From contig NZDU01000040.1 of NCBI GenBank assembly GCA_002688875.1, positions 1 to 55,947 of the forward strand: a stretch of DNA of 55,947 nucleotides, read 5' to 3'. The position numbers and the translations under genes are program-made. The notes below the pieces were generated by a model. The model had not been told where the DNA came from. It saw only the letters and a program-made list of their open reading frames with translations, and ran no database searches. This DNA is from Candidatus Pacearchaeota archaeon (GTDB lineage: Archaea; Nanobdellota; Nanobdellia; Pacearchaeales; GW2011-AR1). Shown here piece after piece: positions 18,143 through 27,377 of the stretch. How positions within the stretch are numbered: the stretch's first letter is position 1; each line of letters begins with the position of its first letter.

Positions 18143-18802
18143 ATGCCAGGAAGAATTGAGAAATTTATGAATGCACTTTCTCACAAGAGGGTAATTCTAG
18201 TGATGTTGGTGCTTATTATGATTAGCCCCAATTCATATGCTGATATCATCCCTTCTGGCCACCATTCCATAGAACACTGTTTTGAGATAGCAAATACAAA
18301 TGAATACCCAAATCATACCTTCTTGGCCAAAACTCTTGTGGTTACTATTGCAGATTCTAGTTGGATAAGTGAAGTCATCAAAGGTAACGACTGTATCAAG
18401 TTCCATAGAGGTGTCAAGAAGCTACAGATCTGCGCTACAAGCAGGGAATCAAATACTAAGGGTATGGCAGCGGAAGAATCTAGTAATCCTATCTGTTCAA
18501 ATATTCTTGATATGAAATTCGCCGGAATCGTTCACAAAAGTGACCCTACACAGAAGGTGATTGATTCTTTTAGTATTGAGGACACGAATGATGATCGCTT
18601 ATCAATAAAGGAAACTAAAGTTACCTATATATATAAGGATGGCAGCGTCGAGGAATTACCCTATACAACTCAAGCTGAAAGACCGGTAGCTACTAGAGCA
18701 TATTCAAGTCTTTCAGGAAAATTTTGGTTTATCTTACCTTTAAGTGCCTTGGTGGCAATCTTCCTGATTGTTATGTGGAAGCTTCTGAGACGGGAGAGAT
18801 GA
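18143..18802 (+). CDS. Secreted protein with C-terminal TM anchor
   Basis: 219 aa with an N-terminal hydrophobic segment and a C-terminal FWFILPLSALVAIFLIVMW followed by basic residues. Confidence 0.5.
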   Translation: MPGRIEKFMNALSHKRVILVMLVLIMISPNSYADIIPSGHHSIEHCFEIANTNEYPNHTFLAKTLVVTIADSSWISEVIKGNDCIKFHRGVKKLQICATSRESNTKGMAAEESSNPICSNILDMKFAGIVHKSDPTQKVIDSFSIEDTNDDRLSIKETKVTYIYKDGSVEELPYTTQAERPVATRAYSSLSGKFWFILPLSALVAIFLIVMWKLLRRER

Positions 18803-19116
18803 TAGGTTTATCCATAGAAGTGACCGCATTGCTTCTGACAATTCTGGTTGAATTTGTCATTATTTACCTAGTGCTAAAAGAAGACAGGTGGACTGTAATT
18901 TTGTTATATGTCACACTTATAAATTGTGTCTCTCTCCCTCTTGCTTTTAGGTTATATAATACTCAGTTACTGGGATTTTATGGAACCGAACTCTTCGTCT
19001 TTATTCTAGAAGTCTTCCTACTTGGAATGCTTGTTCAAAGAGAATATGGCCGTGTAGTTTTATCTTTGTCACTTGCCAATTTTTCAACTGCTGTCTTGAG
19101 TGTGATGTTCCTGTAA
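18799..19116 (+). CDS. Small polytopic membrane protein
   Basis: Start at ATG 18799, forming an ATGA overlap with the upstream stop. About 3-4 hydrophobic helices. Confidence 0.45.
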   Translation: MIGLSIEVTALLLTILVEFVIIYLVLKEDRWTVILLYVTLINCVSLPLAFRLYNTQLLGFYGTELFVFILEVFLLGMLVQREYGRVVLSLSLANFSTAVLSVMFL

Positions 19117-19147
19117 ACACTTCTACCCTTGCCCTTGGGGGTTTAAG

Positions 19148-21946
19148 ATGATTTCTATGCAACGTCTTTCAGTGCTCTTCACTGTGTTAATTTTGACAAC
19201 GGCTGCTACAACACCTGCTCAAAGACCAACAGTTTCAGATGACCTAGCTGAGAGGGCTGCACAAATATTTGCTGAACAACGCTGGGGATCGTCTACTTTG
19301 ATTTGGAGAAACCCACTATATGGGCTCAATGGTAAAATTCAAGCATACTCGTATTTAGTGTACTTGGATAATGCTGTGCCAAAAGAAATTGAGAAAGCTA
19401 TTGAGAGAGAGGACATTGATTATCTGTTATCTACATCGGAAAATCTGTTAGGCACTGTCGTTATATCTGCTACCAGAGATGAATTTCCTTTTCTTGAACG
19501 CTACGAGGGACCTCCGATCGAAATTGTTCAGAAGAACAAGGGCAAAGAAATTTATAAGAGGACTTGGGGGGAAACTGGAAATCCCCGATTTTACCGCTTA
19601 GGTCCGGGATTAATTATTGGAGATTATTCTGAAGACAAAGTGTTGCCTTCTAATGGCACTATTACTAAGGGAGTGTTCCTATCTACTCAGAAACCAATCC
19701 TTTTTGACCCAACGCCAGAATTAGCAACGAAACCAGCTATGGATCCAGTGACCAAGTTCCAATCTGAACAAATCTGGCGGAAGCTAGAACAGACCAGAAG
19801 TTCCAAGATCACGATGAAATTTCAGAGAAGTGAACAGTTTATCAGCGGTGTCCCCTATTATTTACAAGACGACTTTGATGGTCCTAATTCCACTATCTGT
19901 GTCCAGACAGCTACCGCCCAAGTGCTTGGCTATTGGGACGACAATGGATATGGTCTCCTTGTCAGAGGGGGAAATTCCAATTATACTTCTGGTGTTCGAC
20001 AGATGATTAATGATCTGAAGACTACGATGGGATGGTCCAGAGATGGTGCAACAAGCTTCGATGTATGGGATCTTTTTAATTTCCAAGGAATTACGAGATT
20101 TACAAATGATTCAGAATTTGGGAGGAATTACAATTTTCAAGCTCATATAGGTAGACTTAGCACATTCAGTGAAGCGTTTGTCTGGACTGATGTTGTATCT
20201 GAAATAGATGCTGGAAGACCCATAATTTATATGATCGGATTAGGCGGCAATCTTACACATATTGGTGATCATACCATTGAGAATCGTTCCCTTGCTACTT
20301 TTGGTCACGCGATGACAGCTGTTGGCTACGAATCTTGGGACATTGGTATTGGTACTGACTTACATATTGTCAAAGTACATTATAATCATCTCATTGGAGG
20401 ACAAAGACGTCCATTAGAGATTATAAATAACACCTCTACCCAAAAAGTAACTATCAAAGTCCAACCTGGAAGACCACCGCAGAGTATTGATTTGGTAGCT
20501 ACTTCCATTGATGGACCTGGGGAGGGGACACAAGGAGGATCAATATCTGTTTATCGGATCATCTCAAACGGTGGGGCGACAAACGCTGGTCGATTTAAAA
20601 TTAAGTATTATTTCTCATCCAATAGAACCATCTCAGACAGTGATTTTCTGCTCGGAGAAGAGGAAGTTACTAGCCTTAATGGTGGTTTTGTGTCTGGTCG
20701 CAATGTAAATATAACTGTCCCTGCGAGAGTAAGTACTGGTTCGTATTATCTAGGTATGATTGTAGATGCTGACAATGCCATCTTTGAATCTAATGAGGGT
20801 AATAATATCGAGCGTGACTCGGAAATAATTGTTATACGTTCGGGAGGTAGACCAAACTTAGTAGCTACTTCCATTGATGGTCCGAGTTCAGGTTCACAAG
20901 GGGGATCAATATCTGTTCGCAGGAGGGTTTCCAATGATGGGAATGCAGCCAGTGGAACGTTCAAAATTGGATATTATCTGTCAACTAACAGAACAATTTC
21001 AACCGGAGATAATTTACTTGGGAAGGAAGAAATCACACTCAATGCTGGTTCCAGTTCAGACATAATGGTTAGTATCAACATTCCAAATTCAATTAGCATA
21101 GGCACATTTTATTTAGGAATGATTGTAGACGTTGATGAAGATGTTACCGAATCTAATGAAGATAATAACATTGTTCGTGATTCAGGAACAATTAACATAG
21201 GCAGTGGAGGGGGTCTATCTGCTGATCGTTACGAAAATGACAACACTCGTTCTAGCGCAACACAAATTGCTACAGATGGTACATCTCAGACTCACACTGT
21301 TCACGTAAATAATGACAATGACTATGTTTATTTCGAGGCTCAATCTGGAGTTCAGTACACAATTGAGACAACAGGAAACATAGATACAGAATTGACAATT
21401 TACAACTCTAGTGGAACACAGCTCGCACATTATGATAACGATAGAGTGGCAGGTAACAATGAGCGAGAAACTTTCTCTCGAAGTGGATCAGGGAATCTTC
21501 GGACGTATGTAAAAATAAATGAACGTGGTCAGAACGATACTGGAACTTATACCATCTCTGTTACAAGTAGCGGAGGGGGTCTATCTGCTGATCGTTACGA
21601 AAATGACAACACTCGTTCTAGCGCAACACAGATTGCTACAGATGGTACATCTCAGACTCATACTATTCACACAAATAGTGACGAAGACTATGTTTATTTC
21701 GAGGCTCAATCTGGAGTTCAGTACACAATTGAGACAACAGGAAACATAGATACAGAATTGACAATTTACAACTCTAGTGGAAGACAGCTTTCGAATTACG
21801 ACAATGACAGAGGATCTGAAAATAATGAGCGAGAAACTTTCTCTCGAAGTGGATCAGGGAATCTTCGAACTTACATCAGAGTAATTGAACACCGCCAGGA
21901 CAATACTGGTAGCTATACTATTTTTGTTACAAGGGAGGGTGGATAA
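19148..21946 (+). CDS. Secreted streptopain-like (peptidase C10-like) cysteine protease with 2x CARDB and 2x PPC domains
   Basis: Signal peptide. Pro-region pattern GTVVISATRDEFPFLERYEG. Catalytic-Cys context CVQTATAQVLGYW (tgt 19898-19900) and His context FGHAMTAVGYE. CARDB-like repeats (LVATSIDGP..GGSISV...ESNE.NN). PPC-like repeats (DRYENDNTRSSATQI...DYVYFEA). Confidence 0.75.
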   Translation: MISMQRLSVLFTVLILTTAATTPAQRPTVSDDLAERAAQIFAEQRWGSSTLIWRNPLYGLNGKIQAYSYLVYLDNAVPKEIEKAIEREDIDYLLSTSENLLGTVVISATRDEFPFLERYEGPPIEIVQKNKGKEIYKRTWGETGNPRFYRLGPGLIIGDYSEDKVLPSNGTITKGVFLSTQKPILFDPTPELATKPAMDPVTKFQSEQIWRKLEQTRSSKITMKFQRSEQFISGVPYYLQDDFDGPNSTICVQTATAQVLGYWDDNGYGLLVRGGNSNYTSGVRQMINDLKTTMGWSRDGATSFDVWDLFNFQGITRFTNDSEFGRNYNFQAHIGRLSTFSEAFVWTDVVSEIDAGRPIIYMIGLGGNLTHIGDHTIENRSLATFGHAMTAVGYESWDIGIGTDLHIVKVHYNHLIGGQRRPLEIINNTSTQKVTIKVQPGRPPQSIDLVATSIDGPGEGTQGGSISVYRIISNGGATNAGRFKIKYYFSSNRTISDSDFLLGEEEVTSLNGGFVSGRNVNITVPARVSTGSYYLGMIVDADNAIFESNEGNNIERDSEIIVIRSGGRPNLVATSIDGPSSGSQGGSISVRRRVSNDGNAASGTFKIGYYLSTNRTISTGDNLLGKEEITLNAGSSSDIMVSINIPNSISIGTFYLGMIVDVDEDVTESNEDNNIVRDSGTINIGSGGGLSADRYENDNTRSSATQIATDGTSQTHTVHVNNDNDYVYFEAQSGVQYTIETTGNIDTELTIYNSSGTQLAHYDNDRVAGNNERETFSRSGSGNLRTYVKINERGQNDTGTYTISVTSSGGGLSADRYENDNTRSSATQIATDGTSQTHTIHTNSDEDYVYFEAQSGVQYTIETTGNIDTELTIYNSSGRQLSNYDNDRGSENNERETFSRSGSGNLRTYIRVIEHRQDNTGSYTIFVTREGG
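20495..21937 (+). repeat. Four in-frame 366-bp modules (2 diverged CARDB, 2 near-identical PPC)
   Basis: GTAGCTACTTCCATTGATGG occurs at 20495 and 20861. GGAGGGGGTCTATCTGCTGATCG occurs at 21206 and 21572. Long identical runs link the last two modules. Confidence 0.85.
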
Positions 21947-21979
21947 AACAATTAAAGAACCAGAGCAGAGGAGATAAAA

Positions 21980-22360
21980 ATGTTACAGATATACACAATT
22001 CAGATTTCAGTGGCCCATCAATTGAGACTGACACAGGACCCCCGCTATCTTGATACCACAGTCAAATCAGGCGACAAGATATTTGCACCGACGTGGAAGA
22101 TGGTGATGGGCGTAAAAGGAGGCAGGACTACAGAGGAAGAATACACGCAGCAATACTATGATATGATGCGTGCGAGTTATAGGCAGAATACAGAAGGGTG
22201 GAATGATATTCTAGCCCTGGATGAAATCATTCTGGCCTGCTACTGCAAACCCGATTCGTTCTGCCATCGTTATTTGCTGAAGGATATGTTAGTGAAATGT
22301 GGAGCGGAGTATTCGGGGGAAGTCAGAAGGGTAGAAGATTTAGCTTCAAGAAACTTTTGA
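21980..22360 (+). CDS. Small DUF488-like protein (FAPTW...ACYCKPDSFCHR motif)
   Basis: 126 aa, assigned by pattern-level resemblance only. AGGAG lies 7 nt upstream. Confidence 0.4.
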   Translation: MLQIYTIQISVAHQLRLTQDPRYLDTTVKSGDKIFAPTWKMVMGVKGGRTTEEEYTQQYYDMMRASYRQNTEGWNDILALDEIILACYCKPDSFCHRYLLKDMLVKCGAEYSGEVRRVEDLASRNF

Positions 22361-22442
22361 AGGATGATTGTGAGAGGGTGTTGCGGAAAGTAAACGCAGA
22401 ACTATAATCTGCTATGGAGGGAAAAACAAGTTGCTTTTTATT

Positions 22443-22886
22443 TTAAGATTTATTCATCAACCGACTGAGATCTTTTTTTAAGGAATCTTCAAAGTGGTCT
22501 TTATCATTTACAACAGTGAATTCAACAGGTAGATTTAAGTTTTGTATTTTCTCTTGAGGTGTTTCAGCTGTAACATAAATTAGACATTCCTTTCCTGAGG
22601 ACACAGCCTCTTCAATCCTGGGCATTGCCCAATTATCTTCAATGCTTCTTCCTTGATGTTCTGCAATGAGTAGAACCAACACTTTTGATTGGTGATAAGA
22701 ATCTAAAATTTCTCTGTTAAGGATACTTTTTATAGCACGTAATCCCACACCTACATAGAAATCAAGGGATAATCCGAGAGATTCAACCAGCCTATCCGCG
22801 AAACCAAAACGGACCTCATTATACCCTATGGATTGCTTAATGTCGATATTGGTGCAAAAAAAAATCCTCTCCCCTTTTTGAAGCAT
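22443..22886 (-). CDS. Hypothetical protein (147 aa)
   Basis: Start moved to MLQKGERIFF (cat 22884-22886), which has AGGAGG 7 nt upstream. There is a weak Rossmann-like pattern (VLVLLIAEHQG...IEEAVSSGKECLIYV). Confidence 0.5.
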   Translation of the reverse strand: MLQKGERIFFCTNIDIKQSIGYNEVRFGFADRLVESLGLSLDFYVGVGLRAIKSILNREILDSYHQSKVLVLLIAEHQGRSIEDNWAMPRIEEAVSSGKECLIYVTAETPQEKIQNLNLPVEFTVVNDKDHFEDSLKKDLSRLMNKS

Positions 22887-23097
22887 TTGTTTTCCTCCTA
22901 AAGGAGAGAGTTTGATTATTACACAGAAATTTTGCAATAAGGATTATTGAGCATTAATTGCCTATCTACGAACGGCTCACATTAATCTGAAATCTGTGAT
23001 TTATCGCGAAAAATGTGCTTTTAACGATTTTTCGGATGATGGGTGTCGATAATTTATAGCAAATTTCTCTCATTTTGAGCTTACTGCAAAATCTCTG

Positions 23098-24447
23098 TTA
23101 CAGTGCTTGAGCAAGTTCTTCTCTGTGCATAATCTCTTCAATATGATCAATACGTTTCTGAATGAGAGGATAAGTGCCGATGTCTCTTCTATGACGCACA
23201 GGTCCGATGACTTTGTTAACAGCATCTTCAGCTATTTGCTCTGCTGCTTCAAGATCATCACCAATCCCTACAAATGCAACCGCACGAGACCCCGTCATGT
23301 AGAGTTCATCTTGTTCCTTGTAAACCGCGCCATAGAACATTCTCAATTCATCACTTGGACTTGGAACTTCACTCATATTGATGCGGGCACCCCTTATAGG
23401 ATCATCTGGATATCCTTCAGGCACAACATATTTGCACACTGTAGCTTTTCTCTCAAATTCAATTGGAGTCCTATCAAGTGTGCCGTTAAGAATGGCCTCA
23501 CATACATCCATAAAATCTGTCTTCAGCAGCGGCAGCACATTCATAACTTCTGGATCTCCGAACCTTGCATTGTATTCTATGAGTCTTAGACCTTTTTTTG
23601 TGAACATAAATCCGCCATATAAAACCCCTTTATACTCACTACCAACTTCCTCTCGAAGTGCGCGAGCAACTGCCGAATTTATTTCACTAGCTTCTTGGAT
23701 ATGCTCTTTAGAAATGAAGGGCAGATCGTGTTCTTTACAAGAATAAGATCCCATACCTCCAGTGTTAGGACCTGTATCTCCATCGTATGCTCGCTTATGG
23801 TCCTGAGCAACAACCATATCCACTACGTGCTGACCATCACATAGAGATTGTAAGCTGAATTCTTCTCCTTCAAGTTTTTCCTCAATCACAACAGCTTGAT
23901 GTTTTTCGTGGAAAAGTTCCCTACTATATTGAAGGGCTTCATCAATCGAATGGAGGTGCTCTCCAAATACCTTTACTCCCTTTCCTCCTGTGAGACCATC
24001 AGGTTTAACAACGAACTCACCTACAGTGTGAAGATATGATTCAATGCCTTCAATGTCTCGAAAAATTCGGTAGTCTGGATTCCCAGGGATATCATATTTG
24101 GAAAGAAGTTCACGTGTGAAAAGTTTACTTGATTCGAGTCGTGCAAGAGATTTTCCAGGTCCTATACAAGGAATACCGAACTCCTCACTCAATACATCCA
24201 CAGCCCCAACAGCGAGTGGTTCCTCAGGTCCAATTACCGCGAAGTCTGGCTTCACTTTGTTAGCAACTTCCCTAATATCCTCTAGCCGATCTGTATAACC
24301 AGTTTTCAACTCTTCTACTTTCTCACGGAGACCTGGATTTTCAACCTCTGAAAGAGCGTATAACTGTGGAGACCCATGGCTTCTTCTTAAAGCATCGGCA
24401 ATGCAATCAATCCTAGCAGACTTTCCAATTAGAAGAACCTTATACAT
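23098..24447 (-). CDS. purD: Phosphoribosylamine-glycine ligase (ATP-grasp)
   Basis: 449 aa, full length. N-terminal KVLLIGKSARIDCIA, ATP-grasp core VVKPDGLTGGKGV, and C-terminal GSRAVAFVG. Confidence 0.88.
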   Translation of the reverse strand: MYKVLLIGKSARIDCIADALRRSHGSPQLYALSEVENPGLREKVEELKTGYTDRLEDIREVANKVKPDFAVIGPEEPLAVGAVDVLSEEFGIPCIGPGKSLARLESSKLFTRELLSKYDIPGNPDYRIFRDIEGIESYLHTVGEFVVKPDGLTGGKGVKVFGEHLHSIDEALQYSRELFHEKHQAVVIEEKLEGEEFSLQSLCDGQHVVDMVVAQDHKRAYDGDTGPNTGGMGSYSCKEHDLPFISKEHIQEASEINSAVARALREEVGSEYKGVLYGGFMFTKKGLRLIEYNARFGDPEVMNVLPLLKTDFMDVCEAILNGTLDRTPIEFERKATVCKYVVPEGYPDDPIRGARINMSEVPSPSDELRMFYGAVYKEQDELYMTGSRAVAFVGIGDDLEAAEQIAEDAVNKVIGPVRHRRDIGTYPLIQKRIDHIEEIMHREELAQAL

Positions 24448-24545
24448 TATTGCCCTCCCCGAGAATTTAAAACGATAGTCATAACAAATTCTTTACATTA
24501 AGATATTAAATATCAATAACTTATATATAAATCTTGCGATTTGTA

Positions 24546-24971
24546 TTATGTAAGACCCCGCCGAGATTTTTTTAGAAGTTGAAACCCCTCTTGAAACCGA
24601 TTAATCCTTTTGCTGGTAAGACCATGTTGTCTGAACATTGGAAAATTACGATCTTGTCCCGGTTCCAACTGTGTCGCAAAGGCTTTAGTCCGAGCAAGAG
24701 TATATTTCCAACGGTCGGTCACTAGATCAACCAGTGCTGTGTAACAAACTGAAGGGATTCCTGTGTCTTCTACTTGCAGCACGGCAAAAGAAGGGTCGTC
24801 GATTCTTTCCCCATTCTCTCTATAGACATATCTCAGTTCAAATCCATAAAGTGATGCCCAAATCGCCTCGGATTCAGTACCGAGTTTTGACTCTGGCATA
24901 GATTGGAATTCTATTCCGGCAATATTGATTGCTTGGCGAGGAGGCTGAATGTATGGTAATACGATAAGCAT
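24546..24971 (-). CDS. Hypothetical protein (141 aa)
   Basis: Track ORF with no recognisable motif. Confidence 0.4.
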   Translation of the reverse strand: MLIVLPYIQPPRQAINIAGIEFQSMPESKLGTESEAIWASLYGFELRYVYRENGERIDDPSFAVLQVEDTGIPSVCYTALVDLVTDRWKYTLARTKAFATQLEPGQDRNFPMFRQHGLTSKRINRFQEGFQLLKKSRRGLT

Positions 24972-25174
24972 TTTGTAACCTTACCATAGAATTGCGGTGA
25001 AAAATAACCCTATTCTATATTGTATTTTGGAATCACACGGCGTGGCCACTCGTCTTTTGGGGTAGGGCAGACATGGCGCACACCTACGAGCTTATCCAAC
25101 CTTGTTTGGAATATACTTTTTTTATAAGGATAATGTCAATCCTCTACTTCAAGTAATTCTTTTTATTTGGCATA

Positions 25175-25348
25175 TTATTTAAACTTATTTTTATGTACGT
25201 CCTTGCTTACATAATTAGAGGAACTGTGCTTCACCTTTTCAGAGATGACTCCAGGTTTCTGCTCTTCAGCACCGGTTTTTGAACCCTCTTCCAATTCACT
25301 CAGAAATTTTCGCAGAAGTGTAACCCATTCTGGAACCTCATTCTTCAT
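25175..25348 (-). CDS. Possible 57-aa ORF overlapping the AbrB-like gene by 11 nt
   Basis: Hand translation gives MKNEVPEWVTLLRKFLSELEEGSKTGAEEQKPGVISEKVKHSSSNYVSKDVHKNKFK. The overlap sequence is ATGAAGAATGA. Confidence 0.25.
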   Translation of the reverse strand: MKNEVPEWVTLLRKFLSELEEGSKTGAEEQKPGVISEKVKHSSSNYVSKDVHKNKFK

Positions 25349-25571
25349 CTTGCTTCACCTCATCTTCTTTCACAATTTCCTTCGGCTTTCCATCCAGGTA
25401 GGAAACCATTAAGGGTCTTCCATTTTCATCCTTTGCAGTGTAAGAATAAATAGGCATCCCTCTCTCCAAACCGAGTCCTTTCACAACAGGTTTCAAGATA
25501 AGGATCTTGGAAGTTCCTGCCTTCATCTGTAGCAAGGATTTCCAGCCGTGAAATTGAAAGGTGATTCTCAT
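25338..25571 (-). CDS. Small AbrB/SpoVT-like DNA-binding protein (tentative)
   Basis: 77 aa. The pattern SKILILKPVVKGLGLERGMPIYSYTAKDENGRPLMVSYL resembles a swapped-hairpin barrel. Acidic tail. Confidence 0.35.
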   Translation of the reverse strand: MRITFQFHGWKSLLQMKAGTSKILILKPVVKGLGLERGMPIYSYTAKDENGRPLMVSYLDGKPKEIVKEDEVKQDEE

Positions 25572-25792
25572 TTTCTTATTAAGGAGATGCTGAAGTTCTT
25601 AACACTTTTCGGCACTTTTGAGATGCCGTAAGGAAGAGTAGTGTTTCGCCACTTGAATGTGCAGGTGAGGATAGAGGAGAAACATAACTTGATGACTCAG
25701 TAGAAAGATATAAATAGGAGTAGTGTCTTACTTATTTTAATGAGGCATTCCATTATCAATGCCAATCGAAGATATCACACAAAGGTATTCTG

Positions 25793-25805
25793 CCCAGTCC
25801 CGGCG
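25793..25805. repeat. attR core (CCCAGTCCCGGCG)
   Basis: Exact copy of the tRNA-Ser 3' end. AT-rich backbone sequence resumes immediately after it. Confidence 0.7.
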
Positions 25806-26130
25806 TATGTAATTCTATTTAATCGCTTAAAGAAAATAAAATGGGTGTCTAAATGTTGCCGATAATTTATAAGCTGGGACTTTCTCCAAAAGAAGGAATG
25901 AAAAAATGGCTAAAAAATAAATAAATACGACTATGAAAAAAAATTAAACTAAAAGATAAAAAGTATTGAAAAGTCTAGTATGGGTAATAAGAATAAAGAA
26001 TTAATTTTTGAGTTTAGAGACTTTTGCTTTATGGAGGGATTAAGTAAAGTTAGAGTTTGGAGGGAAACACAGAGACTTAAATAATTTATGGACAGTAAAT
26101 TATATAAATTTTTCTTCTTTCGTCCTTAAC

Positions 26131-26694
26131 ATGCCTAAAATAAATTCCCTAGCTCCAGTTTTTCAAGCTGAAGCTTTTCACGAAGGAGAAATAAAAAAAC
26201 TCTCCTCAGAAAATTACAAGGATAAATGGAAAATTTTAATGTTCTATCCTGCTGATTTCACTTTCGTTTGCCCCACAGAGCTCGGAGAATTTGCTGATAA
26301 ATATGAAGAATTCAAAAATCTCAATACTGAAGTTTTCTCCGTTTCCACTGACACCGCTTTTGTTCATAAAGCTTGGCATGATTCTTCAGACACTATTAAA
26401 AAAATTCAATATCCCATGCTCGCCGATCCCACTGGTAAAATTTGCAAAGACTTTGGGACTTACATTGGAGAAGAAGGTTTAAGTTTAAGAGCCACTTTTA
26501 TAATTGATTCTGAAAACTTAATAAAATTTTATGAAATTCACGACAATTCTATAGGAAGAAATGTTAATGAAATCTTAAGAAAATTAAAAGCCGCTCAATA
26601 TGTTTCCAAAAATGACGGAGAAGTCTGCCCTGTCAATTGGGAAGAAGGCAAAGACACTCTTCGCCCAGGTTTGCATTTAGTCGGAAAACTCTAA
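26131..26694 (+). CDS. Peroxiredoxin (2-Cys Prx/AhpC type)
   Basis: FTFVCPTE peroxidatic Cys motif and a C-terminal EVCPVNW resolving Cys. Confidence 0.9.
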   Translation: MPKINSLAPVFQAEAFHEGEIKKLSSENYKDKWKILMFYPADFTFVCPTELGEFADKYEEFKNLNTEVFSVSTDTAFVHKAWHDSSDTIKKIQYPMLADPTGKICKDFGTYIGEEGLSLRATFIIDSENLIKFYEIHDNSIGRNVNEILRKLKAAQYVSKNDGEVCPVNWEEGKDTLRPGLHLVGKL

Positions 26695-26806
26695 TCCCCT
26701 TTCTTAGAAAACTCGTCTAAAGAGGTATCCAACCCAGCCAGTTTATTATGATGAAACTCAAGATTTCTTAATAAAACATATAAATCTTACTAACACTATT
26801 AAAATT

Positions 26807-27370
26807 ATGAAAAAGTGGAGGGTTTTACTAATTTTGGTGTTATTATTACCTATTGGAGAAGCCAAGACTAAGACTTTTACTTTTCAGAGAGATGGGAGTG
26901 AAGTTATTGAAGATATTAATGTGACTTTATTGGATTTTGATAAAAAAGAAAATAAGGTGATTGTGTGTGTAAATAATAAAAAAGGGATTATTTCTAATGA
27001 TAAAAAAATTAATGGGGTCTATTTTGAGATTAAGAAATATGAGGGTGAGACTGTGAAGATGAGTTTGGAGGTAGAGTGTAATGAATGTGTTATAAGGGAT
27101 AATTTAGAGTGTTATGATGAATGTAGGATAAATAGTGATTGTGATGATAATGATAAAGAAACATTGGATTCTTGTAAAGGAAGGCCAAAACAATGTATCC
27201 ATACCAAGGTAGTAGTGCCTAAGTCTGTAGAACTTGTAAATAAAACCCAAGAAAAGAATAAAACAGAGGAGAATCCATCTCCTTCACCCCAGCAAGAAGA
27301 AGTACGAGAAGTTGAATATTTTAGCTTTTTTAAACAATTGAGTTTGTGGATAATTGGGTGGTTTCGTTAG
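26807..27370 (+). CDS. Secreted Cys-rich protein with C-terminal hydrophobic anchor
   Basis: Signal peptide followed by the cysteine cluster CNECVIRDNLECYDECRINSDCDD. Confidence 0.45.
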   Translation: MKKWRVLLILVLLLPIGEAKTKTFTFQRDGSEVIEDINVTLLDFDKKENKVIVCVNNKKGIISNDKKINGVYFEIKKYEGETVKMSLEVECNECVIRDNLECYDECRINSDCDDNDKETLDSCKGRPKQCIHTKVVVPKSVELVNKTQEKNKTEENPSPSPQQEEVREVEYFSFFKQLSLWIIGWFR

Positions 27371-27377
27371 TATTTTT

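Larger units (their letters stand above)
13661..25805. mobile_element. Integrated element (~12.1 kb) in tRNA-Ser, pNOB8-type integration (intact integrase)
   Basis: Flanking 13-bp direct repeat with a tyrosine integrase adjacent to the tRNA. Spot GC counts: 32/60 at 19201-19260 and 23/60 at 23101-23160, against 20/60 at backbone line 30361-30420. Confidence 0.7.

Noticed and set aside
21206-21937. Possibility that the near-identical PPC repeats are a DGR template/variable repeat pair
   Set aside because: The differences between the copies include A>G, C>T and G>A changes, so they are not adenine-specific. Both copies are in frame in one gene, and no reverse transcriptase is present in the window.
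25980-26084. 34-codon ORF (MGNKNKELIFEFRDFCFMEGLSKVRVWRETQRLK) just outside attR as a relic of an older integrase N-terminus
   Set aside because: The resemblance to recombinase N-terminal SAM-like domains (EGLSK...) is too short and weak to support a call.
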